A stretch of DNA of 58,339 bases from a virus (taxonomy: Duplodnaviria > Caudoviricetes). The stretch lies in the IMG/VR virus record IMGVR_UViG_3300017700_000657, positions 1 through 58,339 of that record. The stretch is one strand, 5' to 3'. Within the stretch, counting starts at the first letter, position 1. Each line of letters starts with the position of its first letter. The translations under genes and the position numbers were made by a program. The notes beneath the pieces were generated by a model. That model saw only the letters and a list, made by a program, of their open reading frames with translations. It did not search any database and was not told where the DNA came from. Positions 36,574 to 44,961 of the stretch are shown one piece after another.

Positions 36574-36733
36574 ATTCATTCACGAAACTACCGTGAACTC
36601 ACGATTCATTTTTGGCCTCCTCGTTTTTGTTCACGCAACCTCGATTTCCGTTGACACGGAAAATCGAGGGTTTCGTGAATAAAATCTCACGCATCCACGA
36701 ATGTGAACGAAAAACATGGATTCGTGAATGAAT
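36574..36733. repeat. Nested inverted repeats with TCACG units (res-site or origin candidate)
   Basis: ATTCATTCACGAA (36574) pairs with TTCGTGAATGAAT (36721); internal hairpin at ~36630-36679. Confidence 0.75.
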
Positions 36734-36787
36734 GAGTAAATTATTTCTTGACGTTACTTACATACGCCGTTTACTGATGCGTAAATT

Positions 36788-37417
36788 ATGAAACTAGCTA
36801 TTTACACGAGGGTATCTACGGAAGGTCAAAGCCTTGAACCCCAGCTCATGGAACTCCGCGCAGCCGCCAAACAGCGCGGCCTGACAGTTCTCCATGAGAT
36901 CACCGATGTCATCAGCGGCTCCAAAGACAGCCGCACCGGACTTGACCGCCTGCTTGCCATGGTTGAAGCCCGCCAGATTGACGCCATCATGGCCGTTAAA
37001 ATTGACCGCATCGCGCGCAGTCTCAGCAACTTCGTCCGCATCTGCGCCCTGCTCACTGCTAACCGCGTGGCGCTCATCATCCCCGGTCAGGGTATCGACA
37101 CCTCAAACGCCAATCCGTGCGGTGAACTTCAGCTTTCTATTTTGGCTGCAATCGCCCAGTTTGAGAGGTCGCTGATTCAGGAGCGCACGCGCGCTGGCTT
37201 GGCGGTGGCCCGCAGCAATGGCAAGGTGCTTGGCAGGCCGTCCAAAACCATGGTGCCGGAGACGGATCGCACGGCCATCATTCAGGCTTGGCGCCGTAGC
37301 GGCGATGGCTACGCAAAACTGGCTCAACTGCTGGGCAATGTCAGCACGGCGACGGCGTGGAAATTGGACAAAAAAATGCCGGACAGCAGCGCGGACGTGA
37401 TGGAGGTGGAGGATTAG
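36788..37417 (+). CDS. Small serine recombinase (resolvase/invertase family)
   Basis: YTRVST, DRIARS, AQFERSLIQERTRAGL and LGRP motifs; C-terminal HTH. Confidence 0.95.
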   Translation: MKLAIYTRVSTEGQSLEPQLMELRAAAKQRGLTVLHEITDVISGSKDSRTGLDRLLAMVEARQIDAIMAVKIDRIARSLSNFVRICALLTANRVALIIPGQGIDTSNANPCGELQLSILAAIAQFERSLIQERTRAGLAVARSNGKVLGRPSKTMVPETDRTAIIQAWRRSGDGYAKLAQLLGNVSTATAWKLDKKMPDSSADVMEVED

Positions 37418-39042
37418 ACCGCCAGCCGGTAGAGCCGACGACCGTTCACGTCGCTAATTTCAATGCACCCTTCTTCGCCGAATCGCTGGAGCACGTTGAA
37501 AAAGCTGTTTTGACTCATGGGGATGTTCCCGTTGCTGATGCGATAAAGCTCGGCCAGCGGCTTGCCCGGCTGTTCGCGGGTTGGGAAGATGGTCTTGAAG
37601 GCGCTGAACGGGTATTTCGTCTGGCGCCCGCCCTTTTTCTTTTCGGCTGGCTCGTCCTCGCCCGGACGGGCCACGCTGCGATGCATCTGATACTCCTCGC
37701 TCCACTGGAACGCCGGGGATTTGTCTGGCGGGATCGGGCGACCACGTTGCCTCCCCTCCGCAACCAGCACCGTCACGTCCCCCTCCTTCTTCAGCGTCAA
37801 ATTCGACTCGCTCTTGCGCTCTAGTTGGCTTCCTAGATGCCCGCGACCCTTGTCGGTCTTGTCCTTGGAGGCCGGATTCAGGTGCAAAATGTTCACGATG
37901 GCACAGTCATGCTCGATGGCGGCGCCGTGCAGGCGGGCCACCAGCGCGTTGCTGTCATCCTCGTTGTTGGGGCTGGAAACAAGGTCGGCCACACCGTCAA
38001 CAAACACGCTGTGCACGGCACCGCACTGCTTTTGGGCATGGCGCAGGGCGGCGTGAACAAAGCGCTCGGCTTTTGCGGCCTCCATGCCGGCCAGGCTAAA
38101 GCTCAGGAACCACTTGGGTGGCGCTTGCAGACCGGCCCGACGCAGGATGGACAGCACCAATGCCTGCCAGTCGTAGGTGCTCTGCTCAGTGTCAAAGTGC
38201 AGGACGGCGGCGTGGCCATAGTTCGGGCCTTTAACGCCCAGCGTGTCAGCGCTACTGGTGCCGGGCAGCATCGTTGCCGCGATCATGGCGGCGATAAAGC
38301 TGCTTTTGCCCGCCTTGGACTGGGCGTAGATCGTGGTCAGGTTGCCGCGCGTGCAGATGCCGATGTCGGCGATGGTGTAGATTGCCGGCGGTCTTGGCAG
38401 CAGCTTCTTGGGGTCAAACACCCGCTCCATCAGGTCGGACGGGGATGAGGCGCTGTCGGTGATATGCTTCAGGCGTGCCTGCTGTCCTTCCAGCATCCGC
38501 TCGGCGTCGTCGGCCTGGCATTTGAACACCTCTTCCATCGCCTGTAACGCGGCCCCGTGCGCCCGGCGCAGCAATTCGGCTCCCCGGATGGACCGGACCA
38601 GCATTTTTACGTGCGCCGTCGTGGCGGATTGCTTCTCAAGCGCCAGTATCTCCGGCATGATCGGCAGGCCATCAAACGCCTCGTGGCCCTTTAGCCGATG
38701 GATCAGGCTGATGGTGCTGACCGGCTCGCGTTCATCGTTAAGCTCGCAGGCGGCGCTAAAAACAGCCGCCAGCCTTGGGGACGTGAAGCTGGATGTGGTC
38801 AGGCCAGCGTCGGCGCACTTTGACAGCACTTCCGCGCTGTCCACAAATAGTGCGGCAATCAGGTTTTCCTCCGCGTCGGCGTCGGATGGCAGTTCACGGG
38901 ACAGCACCGTTTCACCGATGCGGGCCGGGCGGGCGGACTCGAATGAGTTGGGCGGCGGCGTGAAGCGGTTGGGCTGCGTGCCGTTGCGCTCGGCGTCGGC
39001 ACTGGCTACGCCGTCATCATCGAGGTCCAGCAGGCGGTTCAT
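37414..39042 (-). CDS. Replicative helicase-like protein (DnaB N-terminal domain plus AAA_25/RecA-type ATPase)
   Basis: LPSDADAEENLI; Walker A AQSKAGKS; FDTEQ, VDGVAD, ILHLN, RGHLGS. Confidence 0.85.
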   Translation of the reverse strand: MNRLLDLDDDGVASADAERNGTQPNRFTPPPNSFESARPARIGETVLSRELPSDADAEENLIAALFVDSAEVLSKCADAGLTTSSFTSPRLAAVFSAACELNDEREPVSTISLIHRLKGHEAFDGLPIMPEILALEKQSATTAHVKMLVRSIRGAELLRRAHGAALQAMEEVFKCQADDAERMLEGQQARLKHITDSASSPSDLMERVFDPKKLLPRPPAIYTIADIGICTRGNLTTIYAQSKAGKSSFIAAMIAATMLPGTSSADTLGVKGPNYGHAAVLHFDTEQSTYDWQALVLSILRRAGLQAPPKWFLSFSLAGMEAAKAERFVHAALRHAQKQCGAVHSVFVDGVADLVSSPNNEDDSNALVARLHGAAIEHDCAIVNILHLNPASKDKTDKGRGHLGSQLERKSESNLTLKKEGDVTVLVAEGRQRGRPIPPDKSPAFQWSEEYQMHRSVARPGEDEPAEKKKGGRQTKYPFSAFKTIFPTREQPGKPLAELYRISNGNIPMSQNSFFNVLQRFGEEGCIEISDVNGRRLYRLAV

Positions 39043-39240
39043 GGTTGGCCTTTCTCGGCACCAAAAATTATCGCCCCCGCTCCACAAAAGGAAACGCCCG
39101 GCATAGCCGGCAATTTATGGACGCGGAGGCGGGTGCCTTGCGGCACCAAAGGGATAGAGGTAGTCATGTCGTGTTTCGGCGACTTAGGTTTGTTGCCAGG
39201 GGGCAAAGGCAAGTTGGGTCAAGTTATATGGTCGGCGCGT

Positions 39241-39714
39241 TCATGTCGCCAGCCTCGTGATCGCATTCCGCGCCTGCTCCGCCATCAGCTCACCAGCGCG
39301 CGAATTGTCGGCGCAGGCTTCGGACTGCGTTTGCCAAATATGGGCGATTGTATGCAGCGCAGCCTTGGCCACGCCCAGCCGGTCCTCGGCCCGATCCCGC
39401 TGCGCAATGACCGGCACGCGCTGGACGATGTTAAGCATGGCGCGGTCGCACAACTGCCGGATTTCGCTGTTGCTTACGGGGCAAGATTTAATGCGCTGGA
39501 ACTCGTCGCGCATCAGGTCGATGCAATCGGTGGCGGCGCTTAGTTCGCGCTCCATGGTCCCGAAGTAATCCAGCATGGCCTCAGCATGGTAGTCCTCGAT
39601 TCCGTATTTTTTTGCCGTGGTAATAAACCCGTCGGTGCGGGGCGTTGCCGTTTCCTTGAGAGCGTTCCACTCGGCTTGCGTGGCGTCGTCAATGGTGCGT
39701 TTTGGTGTATCCAT
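39241..39714 (-). CDS. Hypothetical protein (TPRTD type)
   Basis: TPRTD...MEREL motif. Confidence 0.7.
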   Translation of the reverse strand: MDTPKRTIDDATQAEWNALKETATPRTDGFITTAKKYGIEDYHAEAMLDYFGTMERELSAATDCIDLMRDEFQRIKSCPVSNSEIRQLCDRAMLNIVQRVPVIAQRDRAEDRLGVAKAALHTIAHIWQTQSEACADNSRAGELMAEQARNAITRLAT

Positions 39715-39718
39715 AAAG

Positions 39719-40801
39719 TTAATCTTCGATGTCTGTGATTGGCGTCAGTCCTCCAAGTCCAAGATCGAGGTAGCTTCCGATGAACTGCGCGGCGAGTTCA
39801 GGGACGATGGCGTTTCCGTAGGCATGAAGTCGGGTGATGCGATTAAGTCGCGCAGCTTTGATTGCACCGCCTCCCAGTCCGCGAAGTGCGGTGAGCAGCG
39901 GTCCCACTCGACTGGGTATCCCATCAACCAGCGGGAATGCGCTGGGTTCAACACGCCGCGTTTTCCCGTCGGCGCATGAGACGAATGAAGGACTTGGCGA
40001 CCAAGCAGACCATTGTCCGGCGTCACCGACAGATCGCAGTCCCCGTCCTTGTAGTCCCTGGTCGTGGGGGCGGCCCAGCCGGCCAGCACCGCGACCGCCG
40101 CAAGGTCCGGGCTTTTGCCCCGCTCCACTTCCGTCAGTGCACCCTCCGTTGAGCGCACACCCTTGCTGGCAAGTTGGCTCGTTGGCGTCGGCCACCCCAC
40201 TAGCTTCGCCGCGCCGGGCAATTTCAAGCAGATCGCCCGCGAACCGTCCGGTTGCTTCGCTCCGTAGCAGTGGGTTGACCCGAGCGCATCGTTCGTGATC
40301 GGGGTTGGCCATCCAGTGGAGTCGCTGTCTGATATGCGGAGCGCCGACGCTCGCAGCCGGCAGATCGAACGCTGCGACATCGTAACCGAGTTCTTCCAGA
40401 TCAAGCGATATTCCGTCGCACCACTCAATGCCAAGCGGGCTCGCAACCTGCTCTCCAAAAGTTTCGCAAGGCTCAAGCTGCCGCTTGATACGATGGTATT
40501 CCGGCCACGGGTGCCGGATGTCGAGTTCCCCTTGTTGGGCGCCGGCGCACGAAAGCGGTTGGCAGGGGCAACTGACGGTTTCAATGGGTCTACTGTCTGG
40601 CCATCCGGCGAGGCGGCATCCAAGCGCCCATCCGCCGACTCCGGCGAAGAAGTGTTTTTGAGTGAATCCATGTAAGTCTTCGGGCATCACGTCCACGATG
40701 CTGCGGTCATCGACCACGCCATCTGGAATCAGTTTTTGTTCAATCAGTTCACGCAACCACGCCACGCAGTCAGGGTCGTTTTCGTTGTAGTAGGCGGTCA
40801 T
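39719..40801 (-). CDS. DNA cytosine-C5 methyltransferase, alpha chain
   Basis: FFAGVGG (I), SCPCQP (IV), EQV (VI), PHIRQRL (VIII), AYGNAIV (X); motif IX absent from this frame. Confidence 0.9.
   Translation of the reverse strand: MTAYYNENDPDCVAWLRELIEQKLIPDGVVDDRSIVDVMPEDLHGFTQKHFFAGVGGWALGCRLAGWPDSRPIETVSCPCQPLSCAGAQQGELDIRHPWPEYHRIKRQLEPCETFGEQVASPLGIEWCDGISLDLEELGYDVAAFDLPAASVGAPHIRQRLHWMANPDHERCARVNPLLRSEATGRFAGDLLEIARRGEASGVADANEPTCQQGCALNGGCTDGSGAGQKPGPCGGRGAGRLGRPHDQGLQGRGLRSVGDAGQWSAWSPSPSFVSCADGKTRRVEPSAFPLVDGIPSRVGPLLTALRGLGGGAIKAARLNRITRLHAYGNAIVPELAAQFIGSYLDLGLGGLTPITDIED
39745..40671 (-). CDS. C5-MTase beta chain in an overlapping alternative frame (true start uncertain)
   Basis: Three GWPTP-type repeats and motif IX-like LNPAHSRWLMGYPVEW. 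Confidence 0.75.
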   Translation of the reverse strand: MDSLKNTSSPESADGRLDAASPDGQTVDPLKPSVAPANRFRAPAPNKGNSTSGTRGRNTIVSSGSLSLAKLLESRLRARLALSGATEYRLIWKNSVTMSQRSICRLRASALRISDSDSTGWPTPITNDALGSTHCYGAKQPDGSRAICLKLPGAAKLVGWPTPTSQLASKGVRSTEGALTEVERGKSPDLAAVAVLAGWAAPTTRDYKDGDCDLSVTPDNGLLGRQVLHSSHAPTGKRGVLNPAHSRWLMGYPVEWDRCSPHFADWEAVQSKLRDLIASPDFMPTETPSSLNSPRSSSEATSILDLED

Positions 40802-41112
40802 TTCGCAATCCCCTCTGCCACCCGCAAAAACTCCTCACGATACTTACCCGCGTAGCCGCGCCCGTCCACAAGGCGCTCCAAGGCACGCAGCACGTTTTTT
40901 CTCTTGATCCGCGTATCCGGCTTCCCACGCCGCACACCGCGGCTGCTCGGATAATCCCGGCACAGGGCTCGATACCAGCGCGGAGGCACGTCGGCGCAGA
41001 CTCTTTTGCAGCCACCCTCGTTGTAATTGCGAAGCCGGGGATTGAGCGGCACCAGCACCACCTCAAGGCGATGGGCCTCCAGTTCCGCAAGCATGATCTG
41101 TAATCCAGCCAT
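40798..41112 (-). CDS. Hypothetical basic protein
   Basis: Coupled to the MTase start. Confidence 0.6.
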   Translation of the reverse strand: MAGLQIMLAELEAHRLEVVLVPLNPRLRNYNEGGCKRVCADVPPRWYRALCRDYPSSRGVRRGKPDTRIKRKNVLRALERLVDGRGYAGKYREEFLRVAEGIAK

Positions 41113-41114
41113 GT

Positions 41115-41318
41115 TCACGTCCGCACCACGCGATTCTCTAGAAACGCCATCGCGGCCTGCTGCACTTCCATACATCTGCGGCGCGTGACGCGACTGCGGT
41201 TGCTGTTGCTAAGCGGCTCTCTGGTCATCATGCCGCCGGGTGTCATGCCGGGGCGGATGTTGCGGCCGATGATGGCGTTGGCGCTTAGTTTGCAGGTTTT
41301 TATTGTTGGGGTGGGCAT
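41115..41318 (-). CDS. Hypothetical protein
   Basis: 67 aa; ACACCATG start context. Confidence 0.5.
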   Translation of the reverse strand: MPTPTIKTCKLSANAIIGRNIRPGMTPGGMMTREPLSNSNRSRVTRRRCMEVQQAAMAFLENRVVRT

Positions 41319-41332
41319 GGTGTTGGGTTGGC

Positions 41333-41545
41333 TTAAAAGGCTGGCTGATTAAACGTAGCTGGCGTCGGAAGATGTTGCGCGGCGTCACGCCACGCAGAGA
41401 TGCGGGTTGAGCCGCTACCGGAGGTTAGCTGCGCTTTGGCAGTCCTACGCACGACATAGTAGCGCTCGCCGCCGTGCGTTTTGTGGCTCTCGATGATCGC
41501 TTGCGGGTAGGCAGTGCGGAACGCTTTTTCGTGGTTTGATTTCAT
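41333..41545 (-). CDS. Hypothetical protein
   Basis: MKSNHEKAF...AWRDAA. Confidence 0.55.
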   Translation of the reverse strand: MKSNHEKAFRTAYPQAIIESHKTHGGERYYVVRRTAKAQLTSGSGSTRISAWRDAAQHLPTPATFNQPAF

Positions 41546-41573
41546 GGCTGGATGACAATAAGTAAATGGCGCG

Positions 41574-41864
41574 TTAAGCTTGAAACAGCGGACAATCCTC
41601 AATCCCACCCAGCCCGTTCCCCGCATAGACCGGCTCCTTGTAAGCCGCCTTGCGCCGCTTAGGCAGGTCCGTAAAGTAGGCGTTGATCTTGATGACATCG
41701 GACGCGGCGCTTTCCTCCGTGGCGTGCCTTGTGCGCACCACGGGATGCGGCGGCGCTCTAAAGATTCGCGGCCCGAACGGCTCGGTGCGCTGGAAGCTGT
41801 GGCACATGATAACGTGCTCGTCGGCGTCGGCGTCGTAGATTGAAAAAATTGCAGGCGTAGTCAT
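41574..41864 (-). CDS. Hypothetical protein
   Basis: Coupled ORF. Confidence 0.55.
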   Translation of the reverse strand: MTTPAIFSIYDADADEHVIMCHSFQRTEPFGPRIFRAPPHPVVRTRHATEESAASDVIKINAYFTDLPKRRKAAYKEPVYAGNGLGGIEDCPLFQA

Positions 41865-42067
41865 GGCTGGTTGTAGTGCGCAAGGCCGCTTTTGACGCAA
41901 AATGCCACAATAGCCGCCTCCTCATCCTCGCCCCTTGCAAAGTTCTCATCATCCAGCGCGCACTGATAGCGCCCGCTCTCCAGCTTGGTAACAACCAGTC
42001 CGTGCCGCTCCAACCACGCGAGGCGCGGGGAGAGCGATGGTTGAAGGTCTGGAAAGAGGTCGGACAC
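41861..42067 (-). CDS. Hypothetical protein
   Basis: MSDLFP...SPRLAW. Confidence 0.6.
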   Translation of the reverse strand: MSDLFPDLQPSLSPRLAWLERHGLVVTKLESGRYQCALDDENFARGEDEEAAIVAFCVKSGLAHYNQP

Positions 42068-42068
42068 G

Positions 42069-42284
42069 TTAAAATTCTACGTCTCCGCTTCGGTCCGCCG
42101 CAATACGCTCCATGCGAAGCTGCGTGATGCGGTTCAAGCCGATCACGTCCGACAGTGCCCCGTGCCAGTCCGTGTTAATGCGGTCCCCTCCGTCAGCTAC
42201 ACGCGTCGTAATCACGAATGCGTCGAAGTGCGGCGATAATGCAGCCTTGGCTTCGTTCAGGGCAATTTCTTCTGCTGGAGTCAT
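42069..42284 (-). CDS. Hypothetical protein
   Basis: First gene of the leftward unit. Confidence 0.55.
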   Translation of the reverse strand: MTPAEEIALNEAKAALSPHFDAFVITTRVADGGDRINTDWHGALSDVIGLNRITQLRMERIAADRSGDVEF

Positions 42285-42333
42285 GACGATGAGGCAATCC
42301 ATCCTCCGATTATTTCTCTGCCGCAAGCAAAAT

Positions 42334-42346
42334 CTCGCTTGACGAG
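42334..42346 (+). promoter_or_regulatory. CTCGCTTGACGAG operator/-35 element
   Basis: Exact copy between divergent genes. Confidence 0.7.
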
Positions 42347-42373
42347 AAAAATAGTTGCCGGACGGTGGCGCTC

Positions 42374-42670
42374 ATGCCGAAGCCAATTAAAATGATGGGC
42401 CACACCCGCAAGTGGATCAAGGGTGTATCCAAGAATCCGATTCTCCTGCCTGACGATCTGCGCGTGCTGGGTGAAAACATCCAGCGCCGCCGCCTCGCGC
42501 TTGAAATCACGCAAGCCTCGCTGGCGCAGTCCGCAGGCGTCTCGTTCCGCACGATTGTGAACATCGAAAGCTGCGCGATGAACGGCTGGCCGTCCACGCC
42601 TGTGTTTCTCAAGATTTCGCGGACACTTGGGTTGCCTGATCCCGAGCTGTTTAAGCCACATACGCCATGA
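42374..42670 (+). CDS. XRE-family HTH regulator
   Basis: RRRLALEITQASLAQSAGVSFRTIVNIE. Confidence 0.85.
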   Translation: MPKPIKMMGHTRKWIKGVSKNPILLPDDLRVLGENIQRRRLALEITQASLAQSAGVSFRTIVNIESCAMNGWPSTPVFLKISRTLGLPDPELFKPHTP

Positions 42671-42948
42671 CCCCGCAACAAGCTGTCATCACCTTCTCCG
42701 GCCGCACTTACGCTGACGAGACCGCCGCAATGGCTGATCTGCTGAGGCTGTTTGAACTCGTTGCCGCAACCGCCCGTGACTCCGCCGCCACGCCATGAGC
42801 GCCTCCCGCGAAGCCTACGACTTATTCCACGCCGCCTGCCGCCGCAATTTCATGCGCCGCATCAGGCGCGGCCACTGGCGCAGCCTGCGCTTTTTGCGTC
42901 TTGTAATTTCCGATACGATCAACCGCGTTTGCACGCCGAAATAATTTT

Positions 42949-43326
42949 ATGCCACCATCAAAAAATAGCAACCAGCCACACGGGGGCCAAACCGGGATGC
43001 AGCACTCCAGCTACTCCGCCGATACGTCATACCAAAACCAAGGGATCAGCATCTCGGGCGCAAATGCCAATGTAACCCGCCGCACCCAAGTCGAAGAACA
43101 GTGCGAAAATCTTTCGTGCGCCATCGACCGCCTGCAAAAGGCGGCTGATGGACTTGATGCGAGACTGGCCGGAATCGTAGCTTGGCAGGACAACGAACTC
43201 TCCTGCAAGCCCGAGTGCCCCGACGCCTCGCTGGTCCCGCACGCCGATCTGCTGCGAACCAACGCGCGCCGCGTTCATCTCACCGCCGACCGTCTTGAAC
43301 GGCTACTCTCCAGCATCGAACTTTAA
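42949..43326 (+). CDS. Hypothetical coiled-coil protein
   Basis: 125 aa ORF. Confidence 0.6.
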   Translation: MPPSKNSNQPHGGQTGMQHSSYSADTSYQNQGISISGANANVTRRTQVEEQCENLSCAIDRLQKAADGLDARLAGIVAWQDNELSCKPECPDASLVPHADLLRTNARRVHLTADRLERLLSSIEL

Positions 43327-43330
43327 TCCC

Positions 43331-43753
43331 ATGCCCGACATCCAACAAGAAATCCTGACCGAGCTTCGCGCCATCAAGGCATTGCTCGCCCTCGAGGCTA
43401 ACGCCGCCGCACCGGCTGCATCCACCGCTACACAAACGCCGACGCCAGAGGGTCCGCCTCCGCAGCCTGACGTGGTGGTGGAAAATCCCGGCGAGCAAAG
43501 AGTTCACTTCGGGAAGAACAGCGGCACAGCCCTGAGTAATCTCACCGAACGCCAGCTCGGTTTTTATGCCTCGGTTAAGACGCCCCGCCTCGACAACACC
43601 GGCAAGCCGTTCCCGCCGCGCCCCGCTGACGTGGCGCTGGAGCAAGCGGCCCGCACGCTTTGGCACCAACAAAAGGGGACGCTTACGACCGGCACGTCGC
43701 CGTTGCCGACAGCGGGATCGCCCGCGACCACCGAGGACGAAATCGCGTTTTAG
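43331..43753 (+). CDS. Protein with FGK motif and SSB-like acidic tail
   Basis: VHFGKNSG; ends TEDEIAF, resembling the SSB DDDIPF tail. Confidence 0.6.
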   Translation: MPDIQQEILTELRAIKALLALEANAAAPAASTATQTPTPEGPPPQPDVVVENPGEQRVHFGKNSGTALSNLTERQLGFYASVKTPRLDNTGKPFPPRPADVALEQAARTLWHQQKGTLTTGTSPLPTAGSPATTEDEIAF

Positions 43754-43760
43754 TGCAATT

Positions 43761-43773
43761 CTCGCTTGACGAG
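43761..43773 (+). promoter_or_regulatory. CTCGCTTGACGAG operator/-35 element
   Basis: Exact copy upstream of the structured non-coding region. Confidence 0.7.
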
Positions 43774-43799
43774 CACGCAAACGTGTGATTGCGTCGGGC

Positions 43800-44395
43800 C
43801 GTGAACCAAGCCTAGCTTGGCACCCATAGTTGAAGCTGGAATCCGCTGGTCGGTCTAAGGGGGCCGACCAGCGCGATCCGGCCAAAGTTCTTTCACATTT
43901 TGCGCCGCCCCCCCACAGGGCCAAGCAGGACATTGCCGAATGAGGCCGATGTGCGTGTTTGCGCTGGATTCAGAAGTGCCGCGAGGCTCTTGCCAGCAAA
44001 CGGATAAGCAGGCGTGTCGCGACACGTCAGAAGACTTCCCGGCAACTCCACGACGATAGTCCGCCAAAGTGCTTGATCGTGTTATGCGAGGCGCAATTAA
44101 CCTTTTCCCTCCACCGCCAGCCGCGTCCAGTCTCCCGCCAAGTTCCTCCAACAAGCGCGTTAGCGGGCGGCGGAGGGGATACAACTCACAGCCGTATTGG
44201 TGCGCATCCTCGTCACTGACTTAGGGTGCGCTTAAATGAACGTGCGCGCTGTGTTTACCTTCCCCGAGTTGACGCGGGTCATCATTACCGAGCGAACCGA
44301 GCTGGGTTCCGTCATCATGCTTTTAGCGCACTGGCCGATCCTCGCCGTGCGTCGGCGGTTATGACGCCCATAGGAAGCTCGGTGAGGAGGATTAT
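43800..44395 (+). ncRNA. Candidate structured non-coding RNA(s) or long leader
   Basis: About 600 bp with no convincing ORF and several long stems. Confidence 0.45.
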
Positions 44396-44417
44396 TTTCA
44401 GCTCAACCAAAACCATT

Positions 44418-44846
44418 ATGTCACGTATCATCACCGATCACAAAGTAAATGGCCTCAACGAAGCCATCACCATCACCGTCACCGATGAACCAGGACCCGG
44501 CGGCGCAAATCATAAATACAACGTCATCGGCACCGCTGAAATCATCCCCGGCATCGGCCCTCGCTCTTTCGGCGCGAACCTCCGCTTCCAAAACGGACCC
44601 ATCACGAAACCCGAAGACATGAACGGCATCACCAACGAAGCATTGATCGCCGTGGTGATCGACCGGATGCGCGGTTTTCAGTTTCAGCGCAAGGACGATG
44701 GCGCGTTTGACGAGTCCAAGCGCGGACAATACGCCTGCAAGGAGAACGCCTGTGCTCTCACCCACCTAGAGGAAGCTCTTATGTGGCTCCAAAAGCGCAC
44801 GCTAGACCGCATGAAGCGCGGCGTCGAGGGCACGCATAAGGCATAA
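44418..44846 (+). CDS. tad1: Tad1-like anti-defence nucleotide sponge
   Basis: GPGGANHKY, FQNGP, DRMRGFQ, ENACALTHLEEALMW...R..R.VEGT match my recollection of Tad1. Confidence 0.85.
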   Translation: MSRIITDHKVNGLNEAITITVTDEPGPGGANHKYNVIGTAEIIPGIGPRSFGANLRFQNGPITKPEDMNGITNEALIAVVIDRMRGFQFQRKDDGAFDESKRGQYACKENACALTHLEEALMWLQKRTLDRMKRGVEGTHKA

Positions 44847-44919
44847 CTTTCCCGCTGCGGTTCGGCCAATGGCCAAAGGACACCGCCTCGCAGGCCGCAT
44901 AGGACTGGCGGTAAACAAC

Positions 44920-44953
44920 AACGCCCCGATTTACGTCGGGGCGTTTTGCTTTT
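44920..44953. terminator. Intrinsic terminator between convergent genes
   Basis: AACGCCCCGA-TTTACG-TCGGGGCGTT followed by TTGCTTTT. Confidence 0.85.
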
Positions 44954-44961
44954 GTAGCTGT

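Noticed and set aside
36788-37417. Prophage integrase or integron integrase
   Set aside because: Small serine resolvase with no large-recombinase domains and no tyrosine-recombinase motifs; no host flanks in the window.
44850-44915. tRNA or riboswitch after tad1
   Set aside because: Some pairing is possible, but I found no T-loop or cloverleaf and no recognisable aptamer consensus.
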